A stretch of DNA of 64,000 bases, from positions 32,001-96,000 of the forward strand of contig CAVUWV010000011.1 in NCBI GenBank assembly GCA_963745075.1, written 5' to 3'. Source of the DNA: Candidatus Hydrogenedentota bacterium. GTDB taxonomy: Bacteria > Hydrogenedentota > Hydrogenedentia > Hydrogenedentales > SLHB01. How positions within the stretch are numbered: position 1 is the first letter of the stretch; each line of letters starts with the position of its first letter. The notes beneath the pieces were generated by a model that ran no database searches, had not been told where the DNA came from, and saw nothing but the letters and a program-made list of their open reading frames with translations. Positions 49,688 through 59,968 of the stretch are shown piece after piece. The position numbers and the translations under genes are program-made.

Positions 49688-50245
49688 TCAGGCGCGTTCG
49701 ATGTACTCGCCCGTCCGGGTGTCGACCTTAATCGATTCCCCTTCGTTGACAAACAAGGGCACTTGTACCGTGGCGCCCGTTTCGAGTGTGGCGGGTTTTG
49801 TGCCGCCCGTGGCCCGGTCTCCCTGGACTCCGGGATCGCATTGCGTGATCTCCAGTGTAACCGTGATGGGGAGACTGAGCTTGAGGACTTTGCCGTCGTG
49901 GAAAAGCAGATTCACGTTGTTGTTTTCTTTCAGCCAGAATTTGTTGTCGCCGACGGTGTCCGCGCTGACTGCAATCTGCTCGAAGGAGTCCGGATCCATG
50001 AAATGGTACAAGTCGCCGTCGTTATACAAATATTGCCAAGTCCGCTCTTCCAGCCGGACATCTTCCAATTTCTCGCCCGACCGGAACGTCTTCTCCAACA
50101 CCCGGCCGGACATAACGTTCTTGAATTTCGTGCGCACGAATGCGCCGCCCTTTCCGGGTTTAACGTGCTGAAAATCCACTATTTCCATGAGATCGCCGTC
50201 TATGAGAACAACGAGCCCGTTGCGAAAATCCGCTGTCGAAATCAT
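49688..50245 (-). CDS. efp: Elongation factor P
   Basis: HVKPGKGGAFVR, KPATLETG, VDTRTGEY; start MISTADF. Confidence 0.96.
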   Translation of the reverse strand: MISTADFRNGLVVLIDGDLMEIVDFQHVKPGKGGAFVRTKFKNVMSGRVLEKTFRSGEKLEDVRLEERTWQYLYNDGDLYHFMDPDSFEQIAVSADTVGDNKFWLKENNNVNLLFHDGKVLKLSLPITVTLEITQCDPGVQGDRATGGTKPATLETGATVQVPLFVNEGESIKVDTRTGEYIERA

Positions 50246-51315
50246 GCTCCGAGAATCCTTAATTCCTTGGGTGACACGCTCAGGTTTTCGCATCCGTCCT
50301 TCGTGACGACCACGAGGTCTTCGATGCGGACCCCTCCGCGTTCCGGCAGATAGATGCCGGGTTCGATGGTTACCATCATGCCCGGTTCGAGAGTCGTCTG
50401 GGACTCAGGGTTCAACCGGGGTGCTTCGTGTATTTCGATTCCAACCCCGTGACCGAGCCCATGCCCAAAATGAGTTCCGTGCCCCGCATCGGCAATAATG
50501 GAGCGCGCCACCGCGTCCAAGTCCTTGCACAGCATGCCCGGTCGAATCGCTTCAAGCGCCATCCGCTGAGCCGTAAGCGTCAGTTCATAGATCTCCTCGA
50601 ACCAAGCGCCGGGAATCCTACCGAACGCGTAAGTGCGAGTCAAGTCAGAGCAGTACCCGTCGCGTCGACAGCCAAAGTCCAGCAACACAATATCGCCGGA
50701 CGCCAGCGCGCGATCTCCCGGTTGCCCATGGGGCAGGGAACTGCGTGCGCCGAACAGGGCGATAGTGTCGAATGAGGCCCCGCGAGCCCCCCGGGCCTTG
50801 AATTCATACTCGAATCGCGCCGCCAAGTCCCGTTCCGTCGTTCCCGGTTCGAGCGCTTCCACCAAGTCCAGCAGCACGCCCTCGGCCAGTTCGCCCGCCG
50901 CGCGAATCCGCGCGATCTCGTCCTCACTTTTGCGGATGCGCAGTGCCGAGACGATGTCCGAAACCGCTTCGAGGTTGCCGGAGTATGCGGACCGGACCGT
51001 GTCGAATTCGCTCACCGTAACGTAGCCGGGCTCGAACGCCACGTTTTCTGCCCCGAGCGCAGCCAATCGTTCCGCGGCGCGGGTATGAAGGTTTCCCTTC
51101 ATTTCCTCGATAGCGTAGCCCTGGACCTCGATGGCCGCCTGCTCCGTATACCGGAAGTCACAGAGGAACTGCGCCTCGTTGGCTGTAATGATGATCGCCG
51201 AGGTCGTTCCGGTGAAGCCCGCCAGATACTGGTTGGTGGGCGGAGCGAAACTGAGAAACGCGTCGCAACCGGCCGCATCGAGCCGACCTCGCAACGCTTT
51301 GATACGTTTCGTCAT
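50242..51315 (-). CDS. Xaa-Pro peptidase (M24 family)
   Basis: DFG..GYCSDLTRT, HGLGHGVGIEIHE, TIEPG, GVRIED. Confidence 0.93.
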   Translation of the reverse strand: MTKRIKALRGRLDAAGCDAFLSFAPPTNQYLAGFTGTTSAIIITANEAQFLCDFRYTEQAAIEVQGYAIEEMKGNLHTRAAERLAALGAENVAFEPGYVTVSEFDTVRSAYSGNLEAVSDIVSALRIRKSEDEIARIRAAGELAEGVLLDLVEALEPGTTERDLAARFEYEFKARGARGASFDTIALFGARSSLPHGQPGDRALASGDIVLLDFGCRRDGYCSDLTRTYAFGRIPGAWFEEIYELTLTAQRMALEAIRPGMLCKDLDAVARSIIADAGHGTHFGHGLGHGVGIEIHEAPRLNPESQTTLEPGMMVTIEPGIYLPERGGVRIEDLVVVTKDGCENLSVSPKELRILGA

Positions 51316-51401
51316 GGTAACCCCTTACGTGTCTCACATTTTATCGATTACGACTACGGCCACGAAGAGCACAGTGCCGCGCAGGCGCGCGTGGCATTGC
51401 C

Positions 51402-53981
51402 CTACGTTGAGGCTTGCTTCTGGCGCGCATTTTGCAAGCGTTCGCCCGCGGCCTGCATGGCCTGGCCTTCTTCGATCAAGGCCTCACCGCCCTTTACATC
51501 GCCCGAATTCTTACGTTCGTTGCCGTAGGATATGGCGATTTTGGCGAAATCAAAGTAGACGTCCGGCCGGCTGGGGTACAGCTCGATGCACTTGCGGTAC
51601 TGCTTTATCGCTTCGTCGTAGTACCTGAGCTGGTCGACGGACTTGTCGACCTCGCCGCGGCGCCACAGGGCACGCGCCAGCAGGTTGCGATAGGCCACTT
51701 GTTCCGGGCTGCGCTCCACGCATTTTCGGGCCCATTCAACACATTGGGTTGCGTATTCGATCTTTTTCTCGTCGGTCGTTGCGAAACGAAACAACATTTC
51801 ATACCAAAGACAAAGGTGCGCCGACACATCGGGATCGTAGGGGTAGCGCATATCAGCATCCGTGAATCGCGCCAACCACAGGGGAATTCGTTCCATGGCG
51901 CGGGCCTTGGCCTCCTGTGGCCTTACGATCAACAGTATGGCGTCCGGGGGGATCGACTCGTTTTCGTTAACAGGACGGGCGGAAGGACTTCCGGGCTGCA
52001 ACCGGGTGTAGAGTTTGCCAAACGTTTCTTGCGCCGCGCGGCTTGGAATCAGCAACGATACCACCCGCTCGGACATCTGGGGGAACTTCGGATTCGCTGC
52101 TTGCGCCCCCGAGGTGGTGTCGTCCACACCCAGAATGTCAACGGCTGCTTCAAGGCGCAGCTTTTGTTCCAGTTTGCTGCCCATGGTACGGTCTAACTGA
52201 TAGACCCGCCATCCGCACGCGACCACGATGGCCGCTGCCAATAAGCCTGGCGCACCGATGAAGTAGGCTTGTCCGCGTGTAAGCCGGGGTACCGAGGAAT
52301 CGGCCGCCAGGGACAGGAATAAGCCGGCCAGCAGAAATACCAGCGTTGCAAGCGCAGGGTTGGAGAAATTGAAGTCGACGAAAGCATGGAGCACGAATCC
52401 GAGAGTGCCGCAGAATACGCCGGTCAACAGCCAGCGGTATGCGGTATCGGCTTCGCGCAGAACACGCCGTACACCCCACAGTGCGAAATACCCCCAGAAG
52501 GCGATGAACGCGATGCCGCCGAAAACGCCGGTCTCACAAAATGCCTGTAAGAAGTCATTGTGCGCCTGTTTCACGTCGGCCGAATTGGGCAACTGGTATT
52601 TGGGATAAACCGTACCGAAATTGCCGAGCCCTACGCCGGTAATCGGATTGGCCAGGGCCATTTTGAGCGCCGACCGCCAGTACGACAATCGCAAGAACGC
52701 GGTTGCGGGGTTCATCATGGCATCAAACGAAGGATTGATTCCTTTGAGATCCAGGTTGGATTCGGCGGGTTGCTGGCTCTCGGGTTGGGGTTGGCCCTCG
52801 ACCGCCCACGCAGGCGCATCGAGCAATCGCGCGCCCGTCGCCGCCGCAAATAAAATTAACGCGGCGATCGCAGCACCGCGGGCACCCGCCATCTTCCGTC
52901 CCTTCCAGAGGAGAAACCCGCCGAGCGAGAGTGCCGCGGCGGTAGCAAGCATCCCACCGCGGGAATAGGTGTGGGCGAGGCCGATGCACTGGAGCAGTGC
53001 CAGCGCCGCCAGCGCTCCACATTGAATCCAGAGGAGCACGGTTCGTGTGCCTTTCTTGACAATGGCGAGGTAGGTTCCCGCGCCAATCCCGGCGGGAAGA
53101 ATTGCGCAGTACAAGCTCCAGCGGATGGGGTGGTTGGTCCAGTCGTCCCCCGGGTACGCAAAGGCAAAGTAGAAGGAGTAATAGGTGGCCATCGCCACAA
53201 AGGCGCCGAAGCCGATTGACAGTCCCAGGATGAGCGCCTTCAGGTTGAGCCGGGGTTCGCTGGCGACGGAGGCCGGGCTTCCCGCGCGAAGTTTCAAGAG
53301 GGCCTGAACCGAGCCGCCGATGGCGAAGGGAATCGAGACCAGTACCCAGCATGCCAACGCATTGGCGAACAACAGAGACCCCATGGCGCGGTTGCTCTCG
53401 ATCCGGCTGCGGATGGCTTCCGTCATTTCGGTGGTGCCGAAATACCGTTCCATCAGCGCGGGGTCCTTTACGGCCTCCCGCGTCATCGGCATGAGGTACT
53501 TGATGTGGAGAATGCTCCAGATGGTTTCTGCGAATGAGGTGAGCACGAAAAATCCGAGCACGATTGCGACCGCGCTACGCGACCGTAAGCCGCTCGCGGC
53601 CATCATGAAGATCATGAGGTACGCGGCCCAATTCAAAAGGGATCGATAGGTCGCGTCATACTGAACCGAGAAGAGTCCCGTTATGAATGCAACCGCGAAA
53701 AACACCGCCAACAACCCGATATGAACGGGGTAGCGGAGTTCCTCTTTCCGGAACAACATCCGCGCGGACCACAATGCGAAAAGCACGGTCACGACCCCCA
53801 CAAAGTACGTATTCTTTTCAGGATAGGTCAGGCCATCTACCCACGGCCGGACGAAGATGAGTCCCCCCAGGCCCAGCGCCAAAACGATCTCGTGAACGGG
53901 TGCGCCGAACGGGGCCCAAGTCTCTTCCGCCGGGGCACCGGTTTGCGACGGTTTAGGTATGCAAGTGGACTTGCTGCTCAT
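51402..53981 (-). CDS. O-antigen ligase (Wzy_C) family membrane protein with C-terminal TPR-like region
   Basis: TYSRGG, RLSYWRSAL...P.TGVGLGNF, AHNDFLQ..ETG, H..VDF; start MSSKSTC overlaps the WecA-like stop. Confidence 0.85.
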   Translation of the reverse strand: MSSKSTCIPKPSQTGAPAEETWAPFGAPVHEIVLALGLGGLIFVRPWVDGLTYPEKNTYFVGVVTVLFALWSARMLFRKEELRYPVHIGLLAVFFAVAFITGLFSVQYDATYRSLLNWAAYLMIFMMAASGLRSRSAVAIVLGFFVLTSFAETIWSILHIKYLMPMTREAVKDPALMERYFGTTEMTEAIRSRIESNRAMGSLLFANALACWVLVSIPFAIGGSVQALLKLRAGSPASVASEPRLNLKALILGLSIGFGAFVAMATYYSFYFAFAYPGDDWTNHPIRWSLYCAILPAGIGAGTYLAIVKKGTRTVLLWIQCGALAALALLQCIGLAHTYSRGGMLATAAALSLGGFLLWKGRKMAGARGAAIAALILFAAATGARLLDAPAWAVEGQPQPESQQPAESNLDLKGINPSFDAMMNPATAFLRLSYWRSALKMALANPITGVGLGNFGTVYPKYQLPNSADVKQAHNDFLQAFCETGVFGGIAFIAFWGYFALWGVRRVLREADTAYRWLLTGVFCGTLGFVLHAFVDFNFSNPALATLVFLLAGLFLSLAADSSVPRLTRGQAYFIGAPGLLAAAIVVACGWRVYQLDRTMGSKLEQKLRLEAAVDILGVDDTTSGAQAANPKFPQMSERVVSLLIPSRAAQETFGKLYTRLQPGSPSARPVNENESIPPDAILLIVRPQEAKARAMERIPLWLARFTDADMRYPYDPDVSAHLCLWYEMLFRFATTDEKKIEYATQCVEWARKCVERSPEQVAYRNLLARALWRRGEVDKSVDQLRYYDEAIKQYRKCIELYPSRPDVYFDFAKIAISYGNERKNSGDVKGGEALIEEGQAMQAAGERLQNARQKQAST

Positions 53982-55111
53982 GGTGTCTTGCGTCTTCCGT
54001 TTGCGGAAATCATTAGTAGAACGATAAGGCAATACACGCCCACCGTCTGCGCTACCACCACGATGGTACCGGTTGTGGTGACGTGGGGCAAAAGCACGGC
54101 GCCGAGGCCGCACACGAAGCCCACGAGGTAGATGAATTCCACCGCTTGACTCGGCGACATGCCGATCTCGACCAGCCGGTGTGAAAAATGACGCTTGTCG
54201 CCCTTCATGATGGATTCCCCCCGGCGCCAGCGGATAAAGACGACGCTCATGGTGTCGAAGATGGGTACGCTCAGCGCCAGTAACGGTGCGGCCAACGCAA
54301 TGCGCGATGGGGTTCGCTCCGCGGTGTAGAAAGTGCCGAGGAGCGCGACGGTCGCAAGCAGGTAGCCGCAAAACATCGCGCCGGCGTCACCCATGAAGAT
54401 GCGCGCAGGGTTGAAGTTGTGAAAGAGGAAGCCGGCCACCGATCCCGCAAAAACCATGAGCAAAACACATACAAACGTCTGCCCGCTCGGAAGGAAACAT
54501 GCGAAGAGCGCCAATGCCGCGATGACGGCAACTCCGGCGCAGAGCCCGTCCATGTTGTCCAAGAAATTCATGGCGTTAATCATCATAATCACCCAGAACA
54601 TGGCCGCGAGGGATCCCGCGATTGCCGCCAGTGGATCGGGCAGGATGTCGTTGAAGAAGTCGAACCGCACGCCGGATACGACGAGCACCAGTGTTGCCAC
54701 GATCTGGCCGGCCAATTTCTTCTCCGGCCGAAGCGCATGCAAATCGTCCACCACGCCCAAGGCAAAAACGATAAGACCCCCGGCGATGACACCGGCGAGT
54801 TTCCACTGCGCGTCCTGTCCCCGGCCAAGAAAGTGGAGCACGTGATCTTCAATCCACGCGTAGCCCAATTGGGTTGCAGGAATTAGAAGGAGTAGATTTA
54901 CCGCGATCACAAGATGGAAGGCAACGCAGATCGCGACGCCACCAAGTAAAGGCACCGGTTCGGTCTGCATTTTGCGGTCGCCAGGATGATCGAAGACCCC
55001 CCAACGGATTGCCAATAAACGCATAAAATGCGTGAGGATTGCCGACGCCACAAAGGAAACCCCTAACGCATACGCGAAAATCGAGTACCAATTCACTTGC
55101 CAGTCAGTCAT
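53978..55111 (-). CDS. MraY/WecA/TagO-family polyprenyl-phosphate sugar-1-phosphate transferase
   Basis: P.LGG, GVVDD, NAMNFLDNMDGL, IFMGDAG, DKRHFSHRL. Confidence 0.92.
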   Translation of the reverse strand: MTDWQVNWYSIFAYALGVSFVASAILTHFMRLLAIRWGVFDHPGDRKMQTEPVPLLGGVAICVAFHLVIAVNLLLLIPATQLGYAWIEDHVLHFLGRGQDAQWKLAGVIAGGLIVFALGVVDDLHALRPEKKLAGQIVATLVLVVSGVRFDFFNDILPDPLAAIAGSLAAMFWVIMMINAMNFLDNMDGLCAGVAVIAALALFACFLPSGQTFVCVLLMVFAGSVAGFLFHNFNPARIFMGDAGAMFCGYLLATVALLGTFYTAERTPSRIALAAPLLALSVPIFDTMSVVFIRWRRGESIMKGDKRHFSHRLVEIGMSPSQAVEFIYLVGFVCGLGAVLLPHVTTTGTIVVVAQTVGVYCLIVLLMISANGRRKTP

Positions 55112-55264
55112 GCCTTTCCCACGCGATTCATGTTCCCCACGGACGGAAGCCCTTATTGTTAACCAAGACGGGGCCGGAAATCTATCGGTGCTTGGCTGCG
55201 CCGGGCAAGCGTGGGGCAGATACGGATACTTGGCGTAAACCCCGCTGAGAACTGCGACTCGATC

Positions 55265-56365
55265 TCAGCGTGTGAGAACCTCCTCGTACACGTCGAATTC
55301 GCGACGGGCGATATGTTCGGCGTGGAGGTCGGTTTGGACTCGTTGGCGGGCGAATTCGCCCATGGCCCGGCGTTGCGCGGGATTCTCGAGGAGTATGTTG
55401 ATGGCTTCGGCCAAGGCCACCGGGTCGCGGGGCGGTACATTAAGACCGGTCTGTGTGTGAATGTTGACGAATTCGACGCCGGTTCCGAGCGTGGTGGCAA
55501 CGACGGGTTTGCCGCACGCGTGCGCCTCAAGCATGGAGATTCCGTACGCTTCGCTCCGTGCGACAGATGGAAAAGCGAATACGTCACAGCCGTGGAGGTG
55601 GGCGATGAGGTCCTCGCGCGTCAGGCGCCCCGGAAAATGCACCGGCGCGTCGAGTTCTTTTGCCAGCGCTTCGCAGGCCGCGCGCTCCGGGCCATCCCCC
55701 GCGATAACCACCGGCGCTTGAATGCGTTTCGATGCGCGCACCAGGTTCTCGAGACCCTTGTAGTACCGGTGCCGGCCGCTGAAGAGCACGTACCCACCGC
55801 CGTACCGGTCGTGCAAGGCGCGCACGGTTTCCTCGCCGGGGTGGACGAATTCTTCGGGCAGGATTCCCAGCGGAATGATACGGCACATATCCTTGAACGG
55901 TTCAAGCGTGGTCGAAGTCTCCAGGTATTGTTGCGACGTAGTGATGATAACGTCGGCCGCTTCGAGGAACCGGCGCTGCACGGGCGCGTAAATCCGCATG
56001 GCCTTCGCCTGGCGCACCACGTCGCTCTGATACCGCACCACGAGACGCGCCTTCGGTCTAGCCACGAGCCACGAAACTTCGGCCGTCGGATTCGGTACGT
56101 GAACGACGACGACATCCGCGTCTATCTTGCGCACGTGCCAGGGGAAGGTGGGAGCGATCGGCGCACTTTGGAAGCGTCCCCATTCGCCGACTTCCGTAAC
56201 GCGGGTGCCGTCCCGATCGACGACGCGGGTGCGCCGGGATCGACTGCATGTGAGGGCCTCGACCTCCGCCCATTGCCGCTGAAACCGGCACATGAGCGCC
56301 ATGTGATGTTCCATGCCTCCGTGAACCGGCGGGTCGAAGTCTTTGTATATGTGGACAATCTTCAA
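55265..56365 (-). CDS. Glycosyltransferase family 4
   Basis: GRHRYYKGL, FPSVARSEAYGISMLEAHACGKPV. Confidence 0.92.
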   Translation of the reverse strand: MKIVHIYKDFDPPVHGGMEHHMALMCRFQRQWAEVEALTCSRSRRTRVVDRDGTRVTEVGEWGRFQSAPIAPTFPWHVRKIDADVVVVHVPNPTAEVSWLVARPKARLVVRYQSDVVRQAKAMRIYAPVQRRFLEAADVIITTSQQYLETSTTLEPFKDMCRIIPLGILPEEFVHPGEETVRALHDRYGGGYVLFSGRHRYYKGLENLVRASKRIQAPVVIAGDGPERAACEALAKELDAPVHFPGRLTREDLIAHLHGCDVFAFPSVARSEAYGISMLEAHACGKPVVATTLGTGVEFVNIHTQTGLNVPPRDPVALAEAINILLENPAQRRAMGEFARQRVQTDLHAEHIARREFDVYEEVLTR

Positions 56366-56390
56366 CGTCCCGTACTAGCCTCCGTCTCGT

Positions 56391-57503
56391 TCATGTTCCC
56401 ATCGCGCGCCGGTACGTCTCCAACGTCTGCTCGGCTGCGTTGGTCCAACTGTACCGTTTGGATCGCTTCAATCCTTTTTCCGACAACTCGTTTCGCAGCG
56501 CTTCGTCGGTTGCCAGCATACGCATACTGTCGGCAAGGGCGCCCACATTGGTGGGATCTTCCGTCAGGGCCGCGTCGCCGGCGATTTCCGGCAGACTCGA
56601 GACATTGGAGGTGAGGACCGGTACGCCGCACGCCATCGCTTCCACCACGGGAATGCCGAACCCCTCATACAGGCTGGGGTATACCAATGCGGTAGCGCCG
56701 CTCATCACCGCGGGCAAATCGTCATCCTCGATGAATCCAGGAAAGTGAATGCGCCGGACGTGGTCCGTCAGATCCGCTTCCTGACGGATCGGTGCGACCT
56801 TCCAGCCGTCGCGCCCCGCAATGACAAGGTCCTCTTGAATATCTTCGGCAATTCGAGCCCAAGCCTGGATGATACGCGCCACATTCTTGCGGGGTTCGAT
56901 GGTCCCAACAAAGAGAACGTAACGATCCGGCAAGCGGTATTTCCCCTTCGCAGCCAGTTGCTCGCCTTCATTGCGCGGCGTGTACCGTTCGTCTACCCCG
57001 TTGTGCACCACGTCGATGCGGTCCGCCGGAATGTTCAATACTCTGCATATCTCGTTCGCGGTCGCGGTTGATACGGCGATGATCCGGCTGGCGTGCCGGG
57101 CGGATCGGGCGACGGCCCAGCAGTAGTATCGGGCGCGTTCCGCTCGATACCACGAGGGATTATGGAAGAAGGTTAGATCGTGAATTGTGAGGACCATGTT
57201 GCGCAGGGAGAATACACTTCCCACGTTCGCGGGATAATGGACGATGTCTGCACGGGCCGCGCGAATGTCGCGCCGGATGCCGAATTGGTCGTAGCGAATG
57301 CGGGCGCTCGCGGAGCGAATGGCCCGCTTTTGAACGTTCGCGGGGGAGTCCTCAAACTGCTTGGGCCAGCTTACGTGAGCCGGCCAGATCACGGTCACCG
57401 CGCCCTCTTTCATGAGGCGGGGCGTTCTCGCGGCAAGTTGCGTGGTGTACACACCCGTTCCGCTGCGGTTGCCCGCTTGCAGTGCGTTGAGCAACACCTT
57501 CAT
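56391..57503 (-). CDS. Glycosyltransferase family 4 (mannosyltransferase-like)
   Basis: TIHDL, GTIEPRKN, YPSLYEGFGIPVVEAMACG. Confidence 0.93.
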   Translation of the reverse strand: MKVLLNALQAGNRSGTGVYTTQLAARTPRLMKEGAVTVIWPAHVSWPKQFEDSPANVQKRAIRSASARIRYDQFGIRRDIRAARADIVHYPANVGSVFSLRNMVLTIHDLTFFHNPSWYRAERARYYCWAVARSARHASRIIAVSTATANEICRVLNIPADRIDVVHNGVDERYTPRNEGEQLAAKGKYRLPDRYVLFVGTIEPRKNVARIIQAWARIAEDIQEDLVIAGRDGWKVAPIRQEADLTDHVRRIHFPGFIEDDDLPAVMSGATALVYPSLYEGFGIPVVEAMACGVPVLTSNVSSLPEIAGDAALTEDPTNVGALADSMRMLATDEALRNELSEKGLKRSKRYSWTNAAEQTLETYRRAMGT

Positions 57504-58618
57504 GAGGCGATCTCCCTATAGGCTGACAGCGTTGCTTCGGCACAGGATCGCCAGGAAAACTGCCGCGCCCGATCGTGTCCCTCCGCTATCATTCGTGATC
57601 GCAGCTCCGTGTCGTTTATCACGTGTTCGATGGCGTTGGAGATCCCTTCCTCGTCTTCAGGATCGCAGTAGACGGCCGCGCCACCGCCGACTTCGGGCAA
57701 GCACGATACGTTCGAGGCAACGACCGGGCAACCGCACGTCATCGCTTCAAGCACCGGGAGCCCGAATCCTTCGTAAAACGACGGGAAGACAAACACGTCT
57801 GCCGCTGAATACAGCGCGGACAGTTCATCGTACGTTACGAAGCCCGTGTGGGTGACTTTGTCTGCGAGGCCGGGCTTTCCGAACTCGTCCAGCGTATTCC
57901 CAGAATTCCAGCCGATGGACCCCGCGAGCACCAGCCGGTGCGGCAGCGATTTGGCGAGCAACCGAAACGCGCGGATCAGTCCTCGCACGTTCTTTCGTGG
58001 TTCAATCGTGCCGGCAAAAAGCAGATACGGATCGCGAATCCCGAACCACTCGGCCACGCACTGCTGGGCTTCGTCTCGTGGGACCGGTTGCAGGGAAACG
58101 TTTGCCGCGCCGTAGGTGACGCGGACCTTCTCCTCCGGAACCTCCAGGAGGTTCACGATGTCGTGCATGGTCGATTCAGACGACGCCAGCAACAGGTCGG
58201 CGTCATGTGCGAAGCGCCGAATATTCTTCGAGAAAGGGCCGACCACTTTCGGGCTGCACCATTCCGGGCGTACCAGAAAGGCCAGGTCAAAAATGGATAA
58301 GACACGTCGCCCTCGGCGGGAAGGAGGTAGAAAGTAGTTGGTCGCGTGATACACGTCCAAGCTGCCGATGAGGCTTTCCACTGCGGGAAACCGGAAGGCG
58401 TTCCACATCGCATACATCGCCCGTGTGGGAATCGGCACATGCCGGCAGGTCACGCGATCCGCCAAGGCGTCCAGGCTCGGGGCGCCCAGCCCCGTTGCGA
58501 GCCCCTTGATGGCGGGAGCGTCGGGCAGATTCAGGAGGGCTTCGAGCAAGGAATAGCAGAAGTTGCCGACACCGGTCCGGCTATTGGTAATGGGACCCAT
58601 GTCATACCCAACCTGCAT
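57500..58618 (-). CDS. Glycosyltransferase family 4 (mannosyltransferase-like)
   Basis: GTIEPRKN, FPSFYEGFGLPVLEAMTCG. Confidence 0.93.
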   Translation of the reverse strand: MQVGYDMGPITNSRTGVGNFCYSLLEALLNLPDAPAIKGLATGLGAPSLDALADRVTCRHVPIPTRAMYAMWNAFRFPAVESLIGSLDVYHATNYFLPPSRRGRRVLSIFDLAFLVRPEWCSPKVVGPFSKNIRRFAHDADLLLASSESTMHDIVNLLEVPEEKVRVTYGAANVSLQPVPRDEAQQCVAEWFGIRDPYLLFAGTIEPRKNVRGLIRAFRLLAKSLPHRLVLAGSIGWNSGNTLDEFGKPGLADKVTHTGFVTYDELSALYSAADVFVFPSFYEGFGLPVLEAMTCGCPVVASNVSCLPEVGGGAAVYCDPEDEEGISNAIEHVINDTELRSRMIAEGHDRARQFSWRSCAEATLSAYREIAS

Positions 58619-58659
58619 ATAAAGCTCGGAACCTCCATAGGTACGCTCTAACTGGTTAA

Positions 58660-58689
58660 ATACTAGCAGCTTATGACGTAAGTTGTCAA
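58660..58689 (-). promoter_or_regulatory. Putative promoter for the GT4 cluster, divergent from hrcA
   Basis: TTGACA-N18-TAGTAT with extended -10 TG on the minus strand. Confidence 0.55.
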
Positions 58690-58791
58690 GTGATAATGTG
58701 TCCGGCGTTGCGGCGAGGGAATCGGCTTAACTTATTTTTCATTAATGAGTTAAGTGACGAACACGAAAGGGATGTCGAAACAGGTCGAGTC

Positions 58792-58820
58792 TTGACAGAG
58801 GTAGGCGAGTATGTTACACT
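58792..58820 (+). promoter_or_regulatory. Sigma70/sigmaA promoter of the hrcA-grpE-dnaK-dnaJ operon
   Basis: TTGACA-N17-TACACT with extended -10 TG, just upstream of CIRCE. Confidence 0.8.
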
Positions 58821-58830
58821 CGCGCGATTA

Positions 58831-58857
58831 TTAGCACTCCATAGAGTTGAGTGCCAA
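58831..58857 (+). promoter_or_regulatory. CIRCE element (HrcA operator)
   Basis: TTAGCACTC-N9-GAGTGCCAA, one mismatch from consensus, 15 nt before the hrcA ATG. Confidence 0.95.
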
Positions 58858-58872
58858 ATCGGGGTTTCGACC

Positions 58873-59934
58873 ATGCGACCCGAGGCTGAACTCTCAGAAC
58901 GCGAAAAACTTATCTTGCAGGCCGTCGTGCACAGTTATATCACGACGGCCGAGCCGGTGGGGTCGCGGTCTATTGTGAGGCGTTTCGATTTGGGCGTGAG
59001 CGCCGCCACGGTGCGCAACGTGATGTCGGACCTGGAAGAGCACGGGTACCTGCAGCAGTTGCACACCAGTTCGGGCCGGGTGCCGACCGATGAGGGCTAC
59101 CGGTACTACGTCGACTACCTGATGCGAGTCCAGGATCTGACCTTGCAGGAGCGGGCCCGGATTGAGAGGGAGTTAACCGCGAAGCGGGACGATGCCGATG
59201 AGGTGATGCGGCAGACCAGTCATTTGCTTGCGTTGATGGCCCATCAAACCGGTATCGTAGAGGTTCCGGGCGAAGGACGGGCACAGGTCAATCGCATCGA
59301 GCTGGTGCCCGTGTCGCAGACCCGTACGGCAATTCTGATCGCCGACAGCCTCGGGCGCGTCCGAACGCAGATCGTTTCGTACGAACGGCCTATGAATTCC
59401 GTTCAAGTGCAGCGACTGAGCGCGTTCTTGAATGACAATCTGCGCGGCGTTCCCGTGGAGAATCTGGCCCAATCGCTGCAAACGCGGTTACGTGTGTACC
59501 TCGACGAGCAGCGAGGGTTGGCGGAAGAAGCGATGCGGCTGCTGCAGCTCTTGCCGGCTCATCGGCCGGGGCAGTTGTTTTTGGAAGGCGCGACGCAGTT
59601 GTTCGAACAGCCTGAATTTCGGGATGTCGAACGGGCGCGCGAAGTGTTCAGTCTACTGGAAGAACGCGATCGTTTGGTGGACTTGCTCCGCGTGGGCGTT
59701 ATGAACGAGGAGCAAGCCGGCACCTACGTCATTATTGGTAAAGAGGCCATTGGCAAGGGAATCGACGGTATCAGCATCGTGGCGTCGCCGTACTCGGTCG
59801 GGTCCAGGAACGTCGGCATGATTGGCGTTCTGGGACCGAGACGCATGCCCTATTCGCGGATTACCGCTGTCGTGGACTTTACGGCTGGCATGTTGAGCCG
59901 GCTGTTGACCAAGCTCGCCGGAGCCGGTAGTTGA
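58873..59934 (+). CDS. hrcA: Heat-inducible transcription repressor HrcA
   Basis: EPVGS, SAATVRNVMSDLE..GYL.QLHTSSGRVPT..GYRYYVD, GPRRMPY; start placed after CIRCE. Confidence 0.96.
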   Translation: MRPEAELSEREKLILQAVVHSYITTAEPVGSRSIVRRFDLGVSAATVRNVMSDLEEHGYLQQLHTSSGRVPTDEGYRYYVDYLMRVQDLTLQERARIERELTAKRDDADEVMRQTSHLLALMAHQTGIVEVPGEGRAQVNRIELVPVSQTRTAILIADSLGRVRTQIVSYERPMNSVQVQRLSAFLNDNLRGVPVENLAQSLQTRLRVYLDEQRGLAEEAMRLLQLLPAHRPGQLFLEGATQLFEQPEFRDVERAREVFSLLEERDRLVDLLRVGVMNEEQAGTYVIIGKEAIGKGIDGISIVASPYSVGSRNVGMIGVLGPRRMPYSRITAVVDFTAGMLSRLLTKLAGAGS

Positions 59935-59968
59935 CGGGTTTTCCGGCGCACAAGGTAATTGGGTACGA

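Noticed and set aside
49688..50245. Unusual EF-P modification system
   Set aside because: Loop is the ordinary PGKG type and no modifying enzyme gene is adjacent.
56362..56394. Alternative start ATG 56394 (MNETEASTGR) overlapping the upstream stop, needing one missing base to join the next GT4
   Set aside because: The TTG start at 56365 already gives a complete GT4 N-terminus; cannot be decided without reads.
58690..58872. N-terminal extension of HrcA in the ORF track
   Set aside because: Covers the promoter and CIRCE; the real start is ATG 58873. Similar over-extensions were trimmed for metH, efp, trpG, hisI, tatB and others.
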